This document shows, piece by piece, positions 1-9,522 of a DNA stretch of 64,000 nucleotides. The stretch is from an uncultured Rhodobiaceae bacterium (GTDB taxonomy: Bacteria; Pseudomonadota; Alphaproteobacteria; Rhizobiales; TMED25), in contig CAJWPC010000005.1 of NCBI GenBank assembly GCA_913045225.1, positions 44,905 through 108,904 of the forward strand, read 5' to 3'. Both the position numbers and the translations under genes were made by a program. Within the stretch, counting starts at the first letter, position 1. Every line of letters starts with the position of its first letter. Under the pieces are notes generated by a model, which was given only the letters and a program-made list of their open reading frames with translations, was not told the origin of the DNA and ran no database searches.

Positions 1-986
1 TTGGCTTTATTTATGTTGGCCCTGTCACAGACTTTGGATGGACTTATGAACATGATCAAGGTCGAAAAGCTGTCGTTGAGGCATTTGGAGATGCTGTGGA
101 GACAACATATGTCGAGAGTGTTTCAGAAGGGCCCGATGCTGAGAGGGCTATCACCCAAATGGCAAGAGACCATGACCTTATATTCACAACATCTTTTGGG
201 TATATGAATCCAACCATCAAAGTTGCGAAGAAATTTAAAAAAGTTAAATTTGAGCACGCAACTGGATATCAAAGAGCTGATAATGTTGCAACATATGCAG
301 CAAGATTTTATGAAGGGCGCCATTTGATCGGGCTAATAGCCGGTGGAATGACCCAATCAAATACAATTGGTTACATTGCCTCATTCCCGATACCAGAAGT
401 TATCAGGGGCATAAATGCAGCCTATCTTGCCGCTACATCAGTAAACCCAACCGTTGAGTTCAAAATTGTATGGGTCTACACTTGGTTTGATCCAGGCAAA
501 GAAGCTGATGCAGCAAAGGCGCTAATCGATCAGGGTGCGGATATTATCATGCAACATACCGACTCTGCTGCTGCAATGACAATTGCTGAAGAGCAGGGTA
601 TATATGCATTTGGGCAAGCATCAGATATGATTCAATTTGGTCCAAACGCTCAATTAACCGCTATAATTGATGACTGGGCACCTTATTATGTAGAAAGAAC
701 ACAAGCATTGATTGATAAGACTTGGGAGTCGAAAGATACATGGGGTGGTATGCCAACCGGAATGGTCAAGCTCGCAGATATATCAGATGATGTGCCTAAG
801 GTTGTTGTAAACCTTGTAAATGAGGCCCAGGAGGGAATACTCACTGGCGAGTTGCATCCTTTCACAGGGCCAATAAACAAGCAGGACGGAACAGTTTGGC
901 TTGCTGACGGTGAGGTCGCCTCCGAAGGTGATTTACTTGGTATGGATTTCTACGTCGAAGGGATTGATGGCGTCATTCCTAATTAA
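1..986 (+). CDS. BMP-family ABC transporter substrate-binding protein (purine/nucleoside-binding type), 5'-truncated by the window edge
   Basis: The frame is open from position 3 (GFIYVGPVTDFGWTYEHDQGR...) into the 96..986 ORF; BMP motifs FTTSFGYM, FEHATGY, WFDPGKEADAA. Confidence 0.9.
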   Translation, partial: GFIYVGPVTDFGWTYEHDQGRKAVVEAFGDAVETTYVESVSEGPDAERAITQMARDHDLIFTTSFGYMNPTIKVAKKFKKVKFEHATGYQRADNVATYAARFYEGRHLIGLIAGGMTQSNTIGYIASFPIPEVIRGINAAYLAATSVNPTVEFKIVWVYTWFDPGKEADAAKALIDQGADIIMQHTDSAAAMTIAEEQGIYAFGQASDMIQFGPNAQLTAIIDDWAPYYVERTQALIDKTWESKDTWGGMPTGMVKLADISDDVPKVVVNLVNEAQEGILTGELHPFTGPINKQDGTVWLADGEVASEGDLLGMDFYVEGIDGVIPN

Positions 987-997
987 AATACCGCTGA

Positions 998-1023
998 GAG
1001 CGCGCCGATCTCATGGCGCGCTC
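998..1023 (+). terminator. GC-rich stem-loop after the BMP gene (terminator or mRNA-stabilising hairpin)
   Basis: GAGCGCGCC-gatctcat-GGCGCGCTC, a perfect 9-bp stem 11 nt after the stop; no clear U-tract. Confidence 0.6.
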
Positions 1024-1044
1024 GTAATATCATAAGCCAAAATC

Positions 1045-2109
1045 ATGTCCGATATAAAAACTTTAGCTATTGAAAAGCTGAACGAACTGAATCCCGAGTA
1101 CCCTGAGTTAATTGAAGACATTGTAGTTGCGAATAAAAAAATCTATCTTTCATTAAAAACAGATAAAGCAAAAGTCGACAAATTTACAAAAATTAAACTT
1201 CAAATAGAAAAAGAGTTAGCTGCAATTGATGGTATTGATAGTGTATCAGTTTCTCTAACATCACACTCTGACGCAATACAAGCTAAAGCTATCCCTCAGG
1301 AAAATGCAAGTGGTGTTTCCGAAGTTCGAAATATAATTTCTGTTGCGTCAGGAAAGGGTGGCGTCGGAAAATCCACAACCTCGATAAATCTTGCTATTGC
1401 AATAAACCAGCTTGGTTTTAGCGTTGGTCTGCTTGATGCTGATGTGTATGGGCCGTCAATACCAAAGCTAGTTGGAGATAGGCAAAAACCAAAGAAGTCT
1501 AAAGCAGGTAAAATTTTACCTATAAAGAAATATAATATCAGTCTGATGTCAATTGGCTTTCTTGTGCCAGAAGACAGCCCAATGATCTGGCGAGGTCCAA
1601 TGGTAATATCAGCCGTGAATCAAATGCTCAATGATGTTGAATGGGGTAAGTTAGACTATTTAGTAGTGGATATGCCTCCTGGAACTGGCGATGTACAGTT
1701 AACAATGGCACAAAGGGTGCCAATGAGTGGCGCGGTGATTGTATCAACTCCTCAAGACTTGGCGCTCATAGATGCCAGAAAAGGCATTGAAATGTTTAAA
1801 AAAGTAAATATACCAATTCTTGGTATCATCGAAAATATGAGTACATTCATATGCCCTAATTGTAAAAATGAATCACATATTTTTGGTTTTGAAGGCGCTA
1901 AACTTGAAGCGAATAATCAAAAAGTAGATTTTTTAGGAGATATACCATTAGAAATAGATCTCAGAGAATGCTCGGATAATGGAAAGCCAATAATACTATC
2001 TAAAACAGACTCAGTAGTTTCAAAAAAATTTCTTGAAATTGCAAAATCAGTCACAAAAAAAGTCGGAGATGAATCAAGTTCAAGCAAGCCAAATATTATA
2101 ATAAATTAA
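1045..2109 (+). CDS. mrp: Mrp/ApbC/NBP35 Fe-S cluster carrier ATPase
   Basis: VASGKGGVGKST, DADVYGPS, WRGPM, DMPPGTGD, ENMS-x-F-x-CPNC. Confidence 0.93.
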   Translation: MSDIKTLAIEKLNELNPEYPELIEDIVVANKKIYLSLKTDKAKVDKFTKIKLQIEKELAAIDGIDSVSVSLTSHSDAIQAKAIPQENASGVSEVRNIISVASGKGGVGKSTTSINLAIAINQLGFSVGLLDADVYGPSIPKLVGDRQKPKKSKAGKILPIKKYNISLMSIGFLVPEDSPMIWRGPMVISAVNQMLNDVEWGKLDYLVVDMPPGTGDVQLTMAQRVPMSGAVIVSTPQDLALIDARKGIEMFKKVNIPILGIIENMSTFICPNCKNESHIFGFEGAKLEANNQKVDFLGDIPLEIDLRECSDNGKPIILSKTDSVVSKKFLEIAKSVTKKVGDESSSSKPNIIIN

Positions 2110-2126
2110 ATTCATGATGATATCGG

Positions 2127-2471
2127 ATGATACCTGAAAATATAATTTTATCTGAAAATAAGAAAGAGCTAACCCTTGAATATGGGGCTACAAAATCCGT
2201 TATGAGCGCCGAATTTTTGAGAGTTAACAGCCCCAGCGCTGAGGTAAAGGGGCACAGCCCAGCACAAAAAAAAACTGTGAGTGGAAAGAGAGCTGTTTCA
2301 ATTAATTCAATTGAGCTTGTTGGTAATTATGCAATAAAGCTTATTTTTGATGATGGTCATGCTACCGGTATATACACTTGGCAATATTTAAAGGAACTTT
2401 TCAACGGCAAGGATAAAATATGGAAAGAGTATATAACAGAATTAAGGAAAAAAGGTTTAAATAGAGATTGA
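2127..2471 (+). CDS. DUF971 (GBBH-like N-terminal) protein
   Basis: AEFLRVNSPSAEVKGH, VGNYAIKLIFDDGHATGIYTWQYL. Confidence 0.88.
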   Translation: MIPENIILSENKKELTLEYGATKSVMSAEFLRVNSPSAEVKGHSPAQKKTVSGKRAVSINSIELVGNYAIKLIFDDGHATGIYTWQYLKELFNGKDKIWKEYITELRKKGLNRD

Positions 2472-2475
2472 GCAT

Positions 2476-3648
2476 TCATTTAAGTGAATCAAGAGAGCTT
2501 GCCAAATCTTCAATTAGGTCAACGGGGTCTTCAAGTCCAATATGAATTCTTACCATAGAGTTTGAGTATTTAGCCCATTCTTTTGTAGTTTGTCTATCTG
2601 GAAAAATCGGCATTATGAGACTCTCATAACCACCCCACGAAGCTCCAATACCAAATAGTGACAGGCTATCGATGAATTTATCGAGAGTCTCAATACTATT
2701 ATTTTTATTTTTAATAATTATGGACATAAGACTCCCACCTCCCCCTGAAAAATACTCTTTCCATAAATCATGATCACGACTTTTATAAAACGGGGGGTAC
2801 AGGATTTCTGTGATTGCTTGATGTGTGGTAAGGAATTCGCATATTTTTAGTGAGTTTGCGAATTGTTTTTCCATTCTAACGTTAATAGTCCGAAGACCTC
2901 GATTCGCCATATAAGCATCATCAGCATTTGAACTGACCCTAAGTATATCAAAGGCCTCTTCAACATATTTTTGAGCTTTTTTATTATAAGTCACAGCCCC
3001 CATGAATACATCTGAATGCCCGACAATGTACTTAGTACCCGCATGCACAGACATATCAATACCAAATTTAAAGGGTTTAAAATACAATGGTGTTGCCCAT
3101 GTATTATCAACTATTGTGAACAGATTACTTCTAGAGCAAATGGAAACTAATTTATTAACATCAATAATCTCGAAGGTGAGTGAGCCCGGTGACTCAAAGA
3201 AAACCGCTCTAGTTTTTTTAGTAATTATATTTTCTAGTGAGTCCAAATCTTTCGGATTAAAAAATAATGTTTCGACCCCCATCTTCGCAAGAAACTTTTC
3301 TGCGATTTGCTTCGTAGGTCCATAAACATTATCTGACAATATTAATTGATCTCCGTTCCTAAGGATGCTGAGCAAACTGAGAAGGATTGCTGTTCTCCCT
3401 GAACTTGTTATTCGGCATCCTTCGGCATTTTCTAATAGCCTTATACCTTCTGAAAGAGACTCTGTGTTAGGATTAGATTTGCTACCATAGAAATACCTTG
3501 AGGATCGTTCCCTGAATTCTTTTGAGGTTTCTGAGAGAACCGTTGAGCCACGATAAACGGGCGTATTTACAAAACCAAAATGTTCACCAGATTCTTGTCC
3601 GGCATGAGTAATTATAGTGCTTTCTTTATATTTTTTTTTATCCAACAT
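2476..3648 (-). CDS. metC: Cystathionine beta-lyase (PLP)
   Basis: VNTPVYRGSTV, ESPGSLTFE, DNTWATP, AGTKYIVGHSD, GASWGGYESL, RIHIGLED. Confidence 0.9.
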   Translation of the reverse strand: MLDKKKYKESTIITHAGQESGEHFGFVNTPVYRGSTVLSETSKEFRERSSRYFYGSKSNPNTESLSEGIRLLENAEGCRITSSGRTAILLSLLSILRNGDQLILSDNVYGPTKQIAEKFLAKMGVETLFFNPKDLDSLENIITKKTRAVFFESPGSLTFEIIDVNKLVSICSRSNLFTIVDNTWATPLYFKPFKFGIDMSVHAGTKYIVGHSDVFMGAVTYNKKAQKYVEEAFDILRVSSNADDAYMANRGLRTINVRMEKQFANSLKICEFLTTHQAITEILYPPFYKSRDHDLWKEYFSGGGGSLMSIIIKNKNNSIETLDKFIDSLSLFGIGASWGGYESLIMPIFPDRQTTKEWAKYSNSMVRIHIGLEDPVDLIEDLASSLDSLK

Positions 3649-3702
3649 ATGTAATTATTTGCATAAGTTTTATAACTCATCAATATATATTACATAAATT
3701 GT

Positions 3703-3737
3703 TTGACTTTAGAACAAAAATAGAACATATTATGTAC
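3703..3737 (+). promoter_or_regulatory. Sigma70-type promoter overlapped by tandem alphaproteobacterial LexA (SOS) boxes
   Basis: TTGACT at 3703-3708; GAAC(3712)-N7-GAAC(3723)-N7-GTAC(3734); 3710-3728 matches the operator upstream of lexA at 17/19 nt. Confidence 0.8.
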
Positions 3738-3753
3738 AAAAAAGGAATATATT

Positions 3754-3858
3754 ATGTTTTTATTAAGAAAATTTTTAAATAATTGGGAAGATATAACTGG
3801 GATTTTATCTCTTGTCACATTATCATTTATGTTGTTCAGATTTGCATCAATAATCTAA
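3754..3858 (+). CDS. Small 34-aa hydrophobic protein, putatively SOS-regulated (SidA-like): MFLLRKFLNNWEDITGILSLVTLSFMLFRFASII
   Basis: AAGGA SD ahead of ATG 3754, TAA at 3856-3858; basic N-terminus and hydrophobic C-terminal helix; directly downstream of the LexA boxes; below the ORF-track size cutoff. Confidence 0.7.
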   Translation: MFLLRKFLNNWEDITGILSLVTLSFMLFRFASII

Positions 3859-3868
3859 TCACCACCTC

Positions 3869-3877
3869 TTATCCACA
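3869..3877 (+). promoter_or_regulatory. Consensus DnaA box upstream of dnaE
   Basis: TTATCCACA, an exact match, in intergenic DNA about 90 nt before the dnaE ATG. Confidence 0.55.
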
Positions 3878-3965
3878 AAACCAAAACAATATTTAGAACA
3901 ATCTAATATTAAAATGACTTCTAGCTTTTTTTTATTAAAATGATAGTAGTCAAAAAGGAATATTA

Positions 3966-6900
3966 ATGGCAATTCCACACTTTATACATTTACGTGCTCG
4001 ATCTGCATATTCTCTTCTTGAGTCATCTCTACACATAAATCAGATAAAGGATTTATGCATTGAAAATAATATGCCCGCTATTTGCATTTCTGATAGCAAC
4101 CTTTTTGGCGCCTTAGAGTTTTCCGAGACCATGTCTTCAAATGGCATTCAGCCATTGATTGGGGCAACGCTGAACGTATCATTAAATTATACCCCCACAT
4201 CAAGCTCAAATCCCATACAGTCATCAATTTGCTTGATAGCAATGACGGAAATTGGGTATAAAAACTTATTAAAACTATCGAGTTATTCCTTTCAAAAAAA
4301 TAATGCACTATTTCCATTTGTGACAATTGAAGAAATTTATAAACATAATGAAGGCTTATTTTTCTTAACAGGTGGAGACAGGGGTACTGTAAATAATCTG
4401 ATCAAATCAAATGGTACGGATCAAGCAATAGAATATATAAACAATACAAAGAGCGTATTCAATGAGAGGCTCTTTATTGAAATTCAAAGGTCAAACAGTA
4501 ATAATCAATCTGTTGAGAATAAGCTAATAGATATAGCCTATGATAGGGGCATACCCATAGTTGCAACAAATGATATTTTTTTTGAGTCACGTGCCGACCA
4601 TGAGGCAAATGATATCCTCCAATGCATTACAAATGCTGATGTAATATCTAATCCAAATAGAAAAAAAATCTCACAGGAGTCCTATTTTAAAAATCAAGAA
4701 GAAATGTTTTCCTTGTTTGAAGATTTGCCAGAAGCACTCGAGAACTCTGTATCAATCTCGATGCGGTGCACATACAGACCGACAACATTAAATCCAATAC
4801 TTCCAATGTACGTGCAGGAAGGGTCTGAGGATGAAGCGAAAGAAAAAGAAAATCACTTGCTAATTGATATGGCTAATAAAGGTTTTCAGGATAAAATTTC
4901 AAAATTCGGAACTGCGGAGAATTATCATATATCATTTTATCAGGATAGGCTCGATAATGAGCTTTCAATTATTCTTGATATGGATTATGCAGGATATTTT
5001 TTAATTGTATCTGATATTATCAACTGGTCAAAGAATAACGATATACCGGTTGGGCCAGGTAGAGGATCCGGTGCAGGATCTCTTGTGGCATGGTCGCTTG
5101 GGATAACAGACTTAGATCCTATAAAATTCAATCTTGTATTTGAAAGGTTTCTTAATCCACATCGAATATCGATGCCTGACTTCGATATTGACTTTTGCCC
5201 AATAAGACGTGACGAAGTTATTAATTATATAAAACAAAGATATGGTAATGATAGAGTTGCGCAAATAATTACATTCGGAAAACTTCAAGCTAGAGCAGTA
5301 ATCCGAGATGTTGGTAGGGTAATGGAGATCCCTTATGGCCAAGTAGACAGTTTATGTAGACTGATACCAAACAACCCTGCGAATCCGATGACACTATCAG
5401 ATGCGTTAAGTGAGATCAAAGAGATTGGTGTGATTAGAAAGTCAGACGAAACAATAGATCGTCTTCTCAAGTTCTCACTTTCACTTGAAGGTCTATACCG
5501 GCATGCCTCAACGCACGCGGCTGGAGTTGTTATATCTAATGGGAAGCTTGAGGAATATGTACCCCTCTATATGGATCAAAAAACTAATTCGCTTGTAACG
5601 CAATTCAATATGAAGTGGGTTGAGCAAGCAGGTTTGGTTAAATTTGATATTTTAGGCCTAAAAACCCTCTCAGTAATAAGTGAATGCTGCAAACAGCTCG
5701 AAGCCATTGGCAAAAGTATTGATATAACATCCATAGATTTTGAGGATGAAAAAACTCTTAAACTGTTTAGAGATGGTGAAACATCGGGCGTTTTCCAATT
5801 TGAAAGCTCAGGTATGAAAGATTTACTGGTTAAGGCTCACCCAAATAACTTTGAAGATTTAATCGCCCTAATTGCACTTTTCCGACCCGGTCCAATGGAA
5901 AATATTCCTCAATATCTTGAGTCAAAGAATACAGATATTGAGATTGAAGATTTGCATGAACTTATTAACCCAATAATTGCTGATACTTACGGAGTAATAA
6001 TATATCAAGAGCAGGTTATTCAAATTGCACAGAAATTAGCTGGCTATAGCCTTGGCGAAGCAGATCTCCTGAGGCGAGCTATGGGTAAAAAAATAAAATC
6101 TGAAATGGATGCGCAGAGAGATAAATTTATCAATGGCGCAAGCTCAAATGGGGTTGATGCGAAAAAAGCTGAATACATATTTGATCTAGTAGATAAATTT
6201 GCGGGATATGGTTTTAATAAGGCTCATTCAGCTGCCTATGCTTTGATTGCATTCCAAACGGCGTACTTAAAAGCGAATTATCCCCTGGCATTTATGTCAG
6301 CGCTTTTGACACTAGATATTGGTAATATCGATAAGGTTTCAAGTATTATTTCAGAAACAAAAAGGATGAAAATAGAAATATTGCCACCTTCAATAAATTA
6401 TTCTTCACACGATTTTCTAATAGAAGGTGAGTCAATAAGATTCTCACTATCATCAATAAAGAATGTTGGTGCGCAGGCGGTTGAAAACATTTGCACAGAG
6501 AGGAGTAAAAATGGACCCTATGCTGATATTCAGGATTTTATCTCACGAATAGACAGCCATTTTGTAAATAAGCGCGCACTTGAGGGACTAATCATGGCAG
6601 GTGCTTTTGATGAGATTGAGCAGAATAGAGCGCTGCTGATGGAGAATGTTGAAATTCTTCTATTGGAGTCAAGCCGCCTCAAGAAGAAAAATTTAGACGG
6701 TCAAACAGATATATTTGCTGGTATTGAAGAGTCAAAGCCTGAAATAAGGCTGCCTGAAAAAAAAGAATGGACCAGAAGCAGAAAACTTGCAGGCGAGTTT
6801 GAATTTTTGGGATCTTATTTATCAGGTCATCCATTGCAAGGCTATTCTCGTGATGTTGAGAAGTACAGCGTCACTTCATACGCCGATTTCATAAATAATG

Positions 6901-7478
6901 TAAAGACAAAAAGGCACAAGCAAGCCAGGTTAGCTGGTGTAATTCATGCAAGGGTAAATAGAAGAGGTAAAACAGGTAGAAATTATTCATTCATAAGATT
7001 TTCAGATAAAAGCCAAGAATTTGAGACTATGTTTTTTTCAGATATTATGGATAAATTTAATGAAATACTATTTGTGGGTAATGTTTTGATTATAAAAGTA
7101 GATGCCGACCTCCAAGGCGACTCAATCAGACTCCGAGTCAATGACGTTATTCAAGCTACCGAAGATGATTTAGTTGATACCGATAAACCTGACATAGTAA
7201 ATGACGACCTCATCCGTCCCCAGACGGAGGATTTGAACCGGGAAGAGAAGATTGTTACTCAAAAATATACAATAAAAATATCAGATATAACAGCAATTGA
7301 TCTAATAGCCGAAAAGCTTGAGCTTGGCAAAGGCTCGGATATTATCAATTTAAAATTTTATGATAATAATTTAAAAAAAGATATAAAACTTGAGATTGGA
7401 AATACTTATTCTTTTGATGATGACACTGAAAAGTATCTCAGCTCAATACCAGGAGTAGTTGGTATAAACATTGACTAA
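3966..7478 (+). CDS. dnaE: DNA polymerase III alpha subunit
   Basis: PHP domain, GPGRGSGAGSLVA, FERFLNP-R-SMPDFDIDF, KFDILGLKTL, YGFNKAHSAAY, beta-clamp-like motif QTDIF. Confidence 0.97.
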   Translation: MAIPHFIHLRARSAYSLLESSLHINQIKDLCIENNMPAICISDSNLFGALEFSETMSSNGIQPLIGATLNVSLNYTPTSSSNPIQSSICLIAMTEIGYKNLLKLSSYSFQKNNALFPFVTIEEIYKHNEGLFFLTGGDRGTVNNLIKSNGTDQAIEYINNTKSVFNERLFIEIQRSNSNNQSVENKLIDIAYDRGIPIVATNDIFFESRADHEANDILQCITNADVISNPNRKKISQESYFKNQEEMFSLFEDLPEALENSVSISMRCTYRPTTLNPILPMYVQEGSEDEAKEKENHLLIDMANKGFQDKISKFGTAENYHISFYQDRLDNELSIILDMDYAGYFLIVSDIINWSKNNDIPVGPGRGSGAGSLVAWSLGITDLDPIKFNLVFERFLNPHRISMPDFDIDFCPIRRDEVINYIKQRYGNDRVAQIITFGKLQARAVIRDVGRVMEIPYGQVDSLCRLIPNNPANPMTLSDALSEIKEIGVIRKSDETIDRLLKFSLSLEGLYRHASTHAAGVVISNGKLEEYVPLYMDQKTNSLVTQFNMKWVEQAGLVKFDILGLKTLSVISECCKQLEAIGKSIDITSIDFEDEKTLKLFRDGETSGVFQFESSGMKDLLVKAHPNNFEDLIALIALFRPGPMENIPQYLESKNTDIEIEDLHELINPIIADTYGVIIYQEQVIQIAQKLAGYSLGEADLLRRAMGKKIKSEMDAQRDKFINGASSNGVDAKKAEYIFDLVDKFAGYGFNKAHSAAYALIAFQTAYLKANYPLAFMSALLTLDIGNIDKVSSIISETKRMKIEILPPSINYSSHDFLIEGESIRFSLSSIKNVGAQAVENICTERSKNGPYADIQDFISRIDSHFVNKRALEGLIMAGAFDEIEQNRALLMENVEILLLESSRLKKKNLDGQTDIFAGIEESKPEIRLPEKKEWTRSRKLAGEFEFLGSYLSGHPLQGYSRDVEKYSVTSYADFINNVKTKRHKQARLAGVIHARVNRRGKTGRNYSFIRFSDKSQEFETMFFSDIMDKFNEILFVGNVLIIKVDADLQGDSIRLRVNDVIQATEDDLVDTDKPDIVNDDLIRPQTEDLNREEKIVTQKYTIKISDITAIDLIAEKLELGKGSDIINLKFYDNNLKKDIKLEIGNTYSFDDDTEKYLSSIPGVVGINID

Positions 7479-7541
7479 CAAAGTTTTAGTAAATTAGCTT
7501 GATATTTTTTTAATAAAATCATATAAACAGCATATTACGTA

Positions 7542-7596
7542 CATAGAGCATGAGTCGGTGTTTGTAACGCTCTATGGGGAATAACCGAGTCAGGAG
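7542..7596 (+). promoter_or_regulatory. rpsB 5' leader RNA structure (putative S2 autoregulatory element with pseudoknot)
   Basis: Stem CATAGAGC(7542-7549)/GCTCTATG(7569-7576); loop TCGGT(7555-7559) is complementary to ACCGA(7584-7588), just before SD AGGAG. Confidence 0.6.
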
Positions 7597-7603
7597 AATT
7601 ACA

Positions 7604-8539
7604 ATGTCACTTCCAGATTTCTCAATGAGAGAATTATTAGAAGCTGGCGTTCATTTTGGTCATAAAAAAGAACGCTGGAATCCGAAGATGGAAACCTTTA
7701 TCTATGGCAAAAGAAATGGTATCCATATAATCGATTTATCACAAACTGTACCATTATTACATCAGGCGCTTCTCGCGATCAGAGACGTGGCGGCATCTGG
7801 GGGTAGGGTTCTTTTTGTTGGTACAAAAAGGCAAGCATCAGAACATATTGCAGACTCAGCGAAAAAATCTGCACAATATTATATTAATCACACATGGATG
7901 GCGGGTATTTTAACAAATTGGAAAACAGTATCTAATTCAATTAAAAGATTTAAAGATCTTGAGGAAATGCTTAATAGTGAAAAAATAAATGCTCTAACAA
8001 AAAAAGAAGTGTTAAAACTTACCCGAGAACATAATAAACTCGAAAGAGCGATTGGCGGTATCAAAGATATGGGTGGCTTACCTGATATTCTTTTCGTTAT
8101 CGATACAAATAAAGAGGCCATTGCTATATTAGAGGCCAATAAGCTTGGTATTCCTGTTATAGCAATCCTTGATACAAATTCAACACCAGATAATATTGAC
8201 CATCCAATACCTGGCAACGATGACGCATCTCGAGCCATTGCGCTATACTGCTCGTTGGCAGAACGCGCAATCTTGGATGGTATGGAAAATTCACAAGCAA
8301 AAAGTTCATTAGATCAAGGTGAAAGCATTGATCCAGTGTCCTCTGATGATTTAGAGGTATTAAACCATGAATCAAAAGATATAGGTGTACCTGAAGAGCC
8401 TTCTGTTGAATCTGTTGAGGAATCCACAGAGGTCAGCACATCAAATGAGGAAATTAAAGAGTTAATTGTCGAGAAGAAGAAAAGAGTATCAACAAAGAAG
8501 AAATCAGATCCAACTGAAAATGATAAAGATAAGTCTTAA
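7604..8539 (+). CDS. rpsB: 30S ribosomal protein S2
   Basis: [23 protein letters not shown]; start placed at ATG 7604 after AGGAG. Confidence 0.97.
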   Translation: MSLPDFSMRELLEAGVHFGHKKERWNPKMETFIYGKRNGIHIIDLSQTVPLLHQALLAIRDVAASGGRVLFVGTKRQASEHIADSAKKSAQYYINHTWMAGILTNWKTVSNSIKRFKDLEEMLNSEKINALTKKEVLKLTREHNKLERAIGGIKDMGGLPDILFVIDTNKEAIAILEANKLGIPVIAILDTNSTPDNIDHPIPGNDDASRAIALYCSLAERAILDGMENSQAKSSLDQGESIDPVSSDDLEVLNHESKDIGVPEEPSVESVEESTEVSTSNEEIKELIVEKKKRVSTKKKSDPTENDKDKS

Positions 8540-8571
8540 ATTTCATCAGCAGCTATAATTAAGGAGTATAA

Positions 8572-9492
8572 ATGGTTGAAATTACAGCAGGGCTAGTTAA
8601 GGAGCTCAGAGAAAAAAGTGGCGCAGGTATGATGGATTGCAAAATGGCACTGACTGAAAACGATGGGAATATAGATCTTTCCATAGATTGGTTAAGGGCT
8701 AAAGGAATAACAAAAGCAGCCAAAAAATCAGACAGAATTGCATCCGAAGGCTTAATTGGATCGCTCATCAAGAATGGGTCAGCCGCCATGATAGAGTTAA
8801 ACTCTGAAACAGACTTCGTTGCAAGAAACGATGAATTTCAAGACCTGTTAAGAGGCATACTAGAAGTATCTATTGATAATGATGAGGTCGAGAGTGTTCA
8901 GTATCAAGATACCGGAAGAACTGTTGCTGAAGAAATCAATGAAAAGATTGCAACAATAGGTGAGAATATTATGTTAAGAAGAGTTACAAAATATGAAAAT
9001 ATCGAAGATGAACACATATTTTCTTACACTCATAATGCGGTTGCCGAATCCCTTGGTAAGATTGGGGTTTTAGTCGCAATTAAGTCCAAGTCTAGCATAG
9101 ACAATTTGGCTGATTTTGGAAAAAATATCTGCATGCACATTGCAGCAACAAATCCTCTAGCCTTAGCATCAAACGAAATAAGCCCCGAATTAATTGAGAG
9201 GGAAAAGCAAATAGCTTTGGAACAAGCCCGAGAAAGCGGTAAACCCGAAAATATAATCGAAAAAATGGTTGAGGGTAGAATAAAAAAATTTACGGAAGAA
9301 AATGCTTTATTATCTCAAGTTTTTGTTATAGACGGTGAAACAAAAATAGAAAAACTGCTTGAAAATAAGTCTAGTGACTTAAATGAAGATATAATAATTA
9401 CACGTTTTACTAGAATGCAACTAGGCGATGGCATCGAAAAGAAAGAAGATGACTTTGCGGGTGAAGTTGCGGCTGCAATAAACAAAAATTAA
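8572..9492 (+). CDS. tsf: Elongation factor Ts
   Basis: VKELREKSGAGMMDCK, ELNSETDFVARN. Confidence 0.97.
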   Translation: MVEITAGLVKELREKSGAGMMDCKMALTENDGNIDLSIDWLRAKGITKAAKKSDRIASEGLIGSLIKNGSAAMIELNSETDFVARNDEFQDLLRGILEVSIDNDEVESVQYQDTGRTVAEEINEKIATIGENIMLRRVTKYENIEDEHIFSYTHNAVAESLGKIGVLVAIKSKSSIDNLADFGKNICMHIAATNPLALASNEISPELIEREKQIALEQARESGKPENIIEKMVEGRIKKFTEENALLSQVFVIDGETKIEKLLENKSSDLNEDIIITRFTRMQLGDGIEKKEDDFAGEVAAAINKN

Positions 9493-9522
9493 TTAAAACT
9501 CCTGCACGGTAGGTGGTTTGTA

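Noticed and set aside
1-207. 68-aa ORF at the window start
   Set aside because: Out-of-frame shadow of the BMP gene, whose true frame is open from position 3
3889-3910. AT-only imperfect hairpin and a lone GAAC after the small ORF
   Set aside because: Too weak to call a terminator, and no partner half-site at N7 spacing
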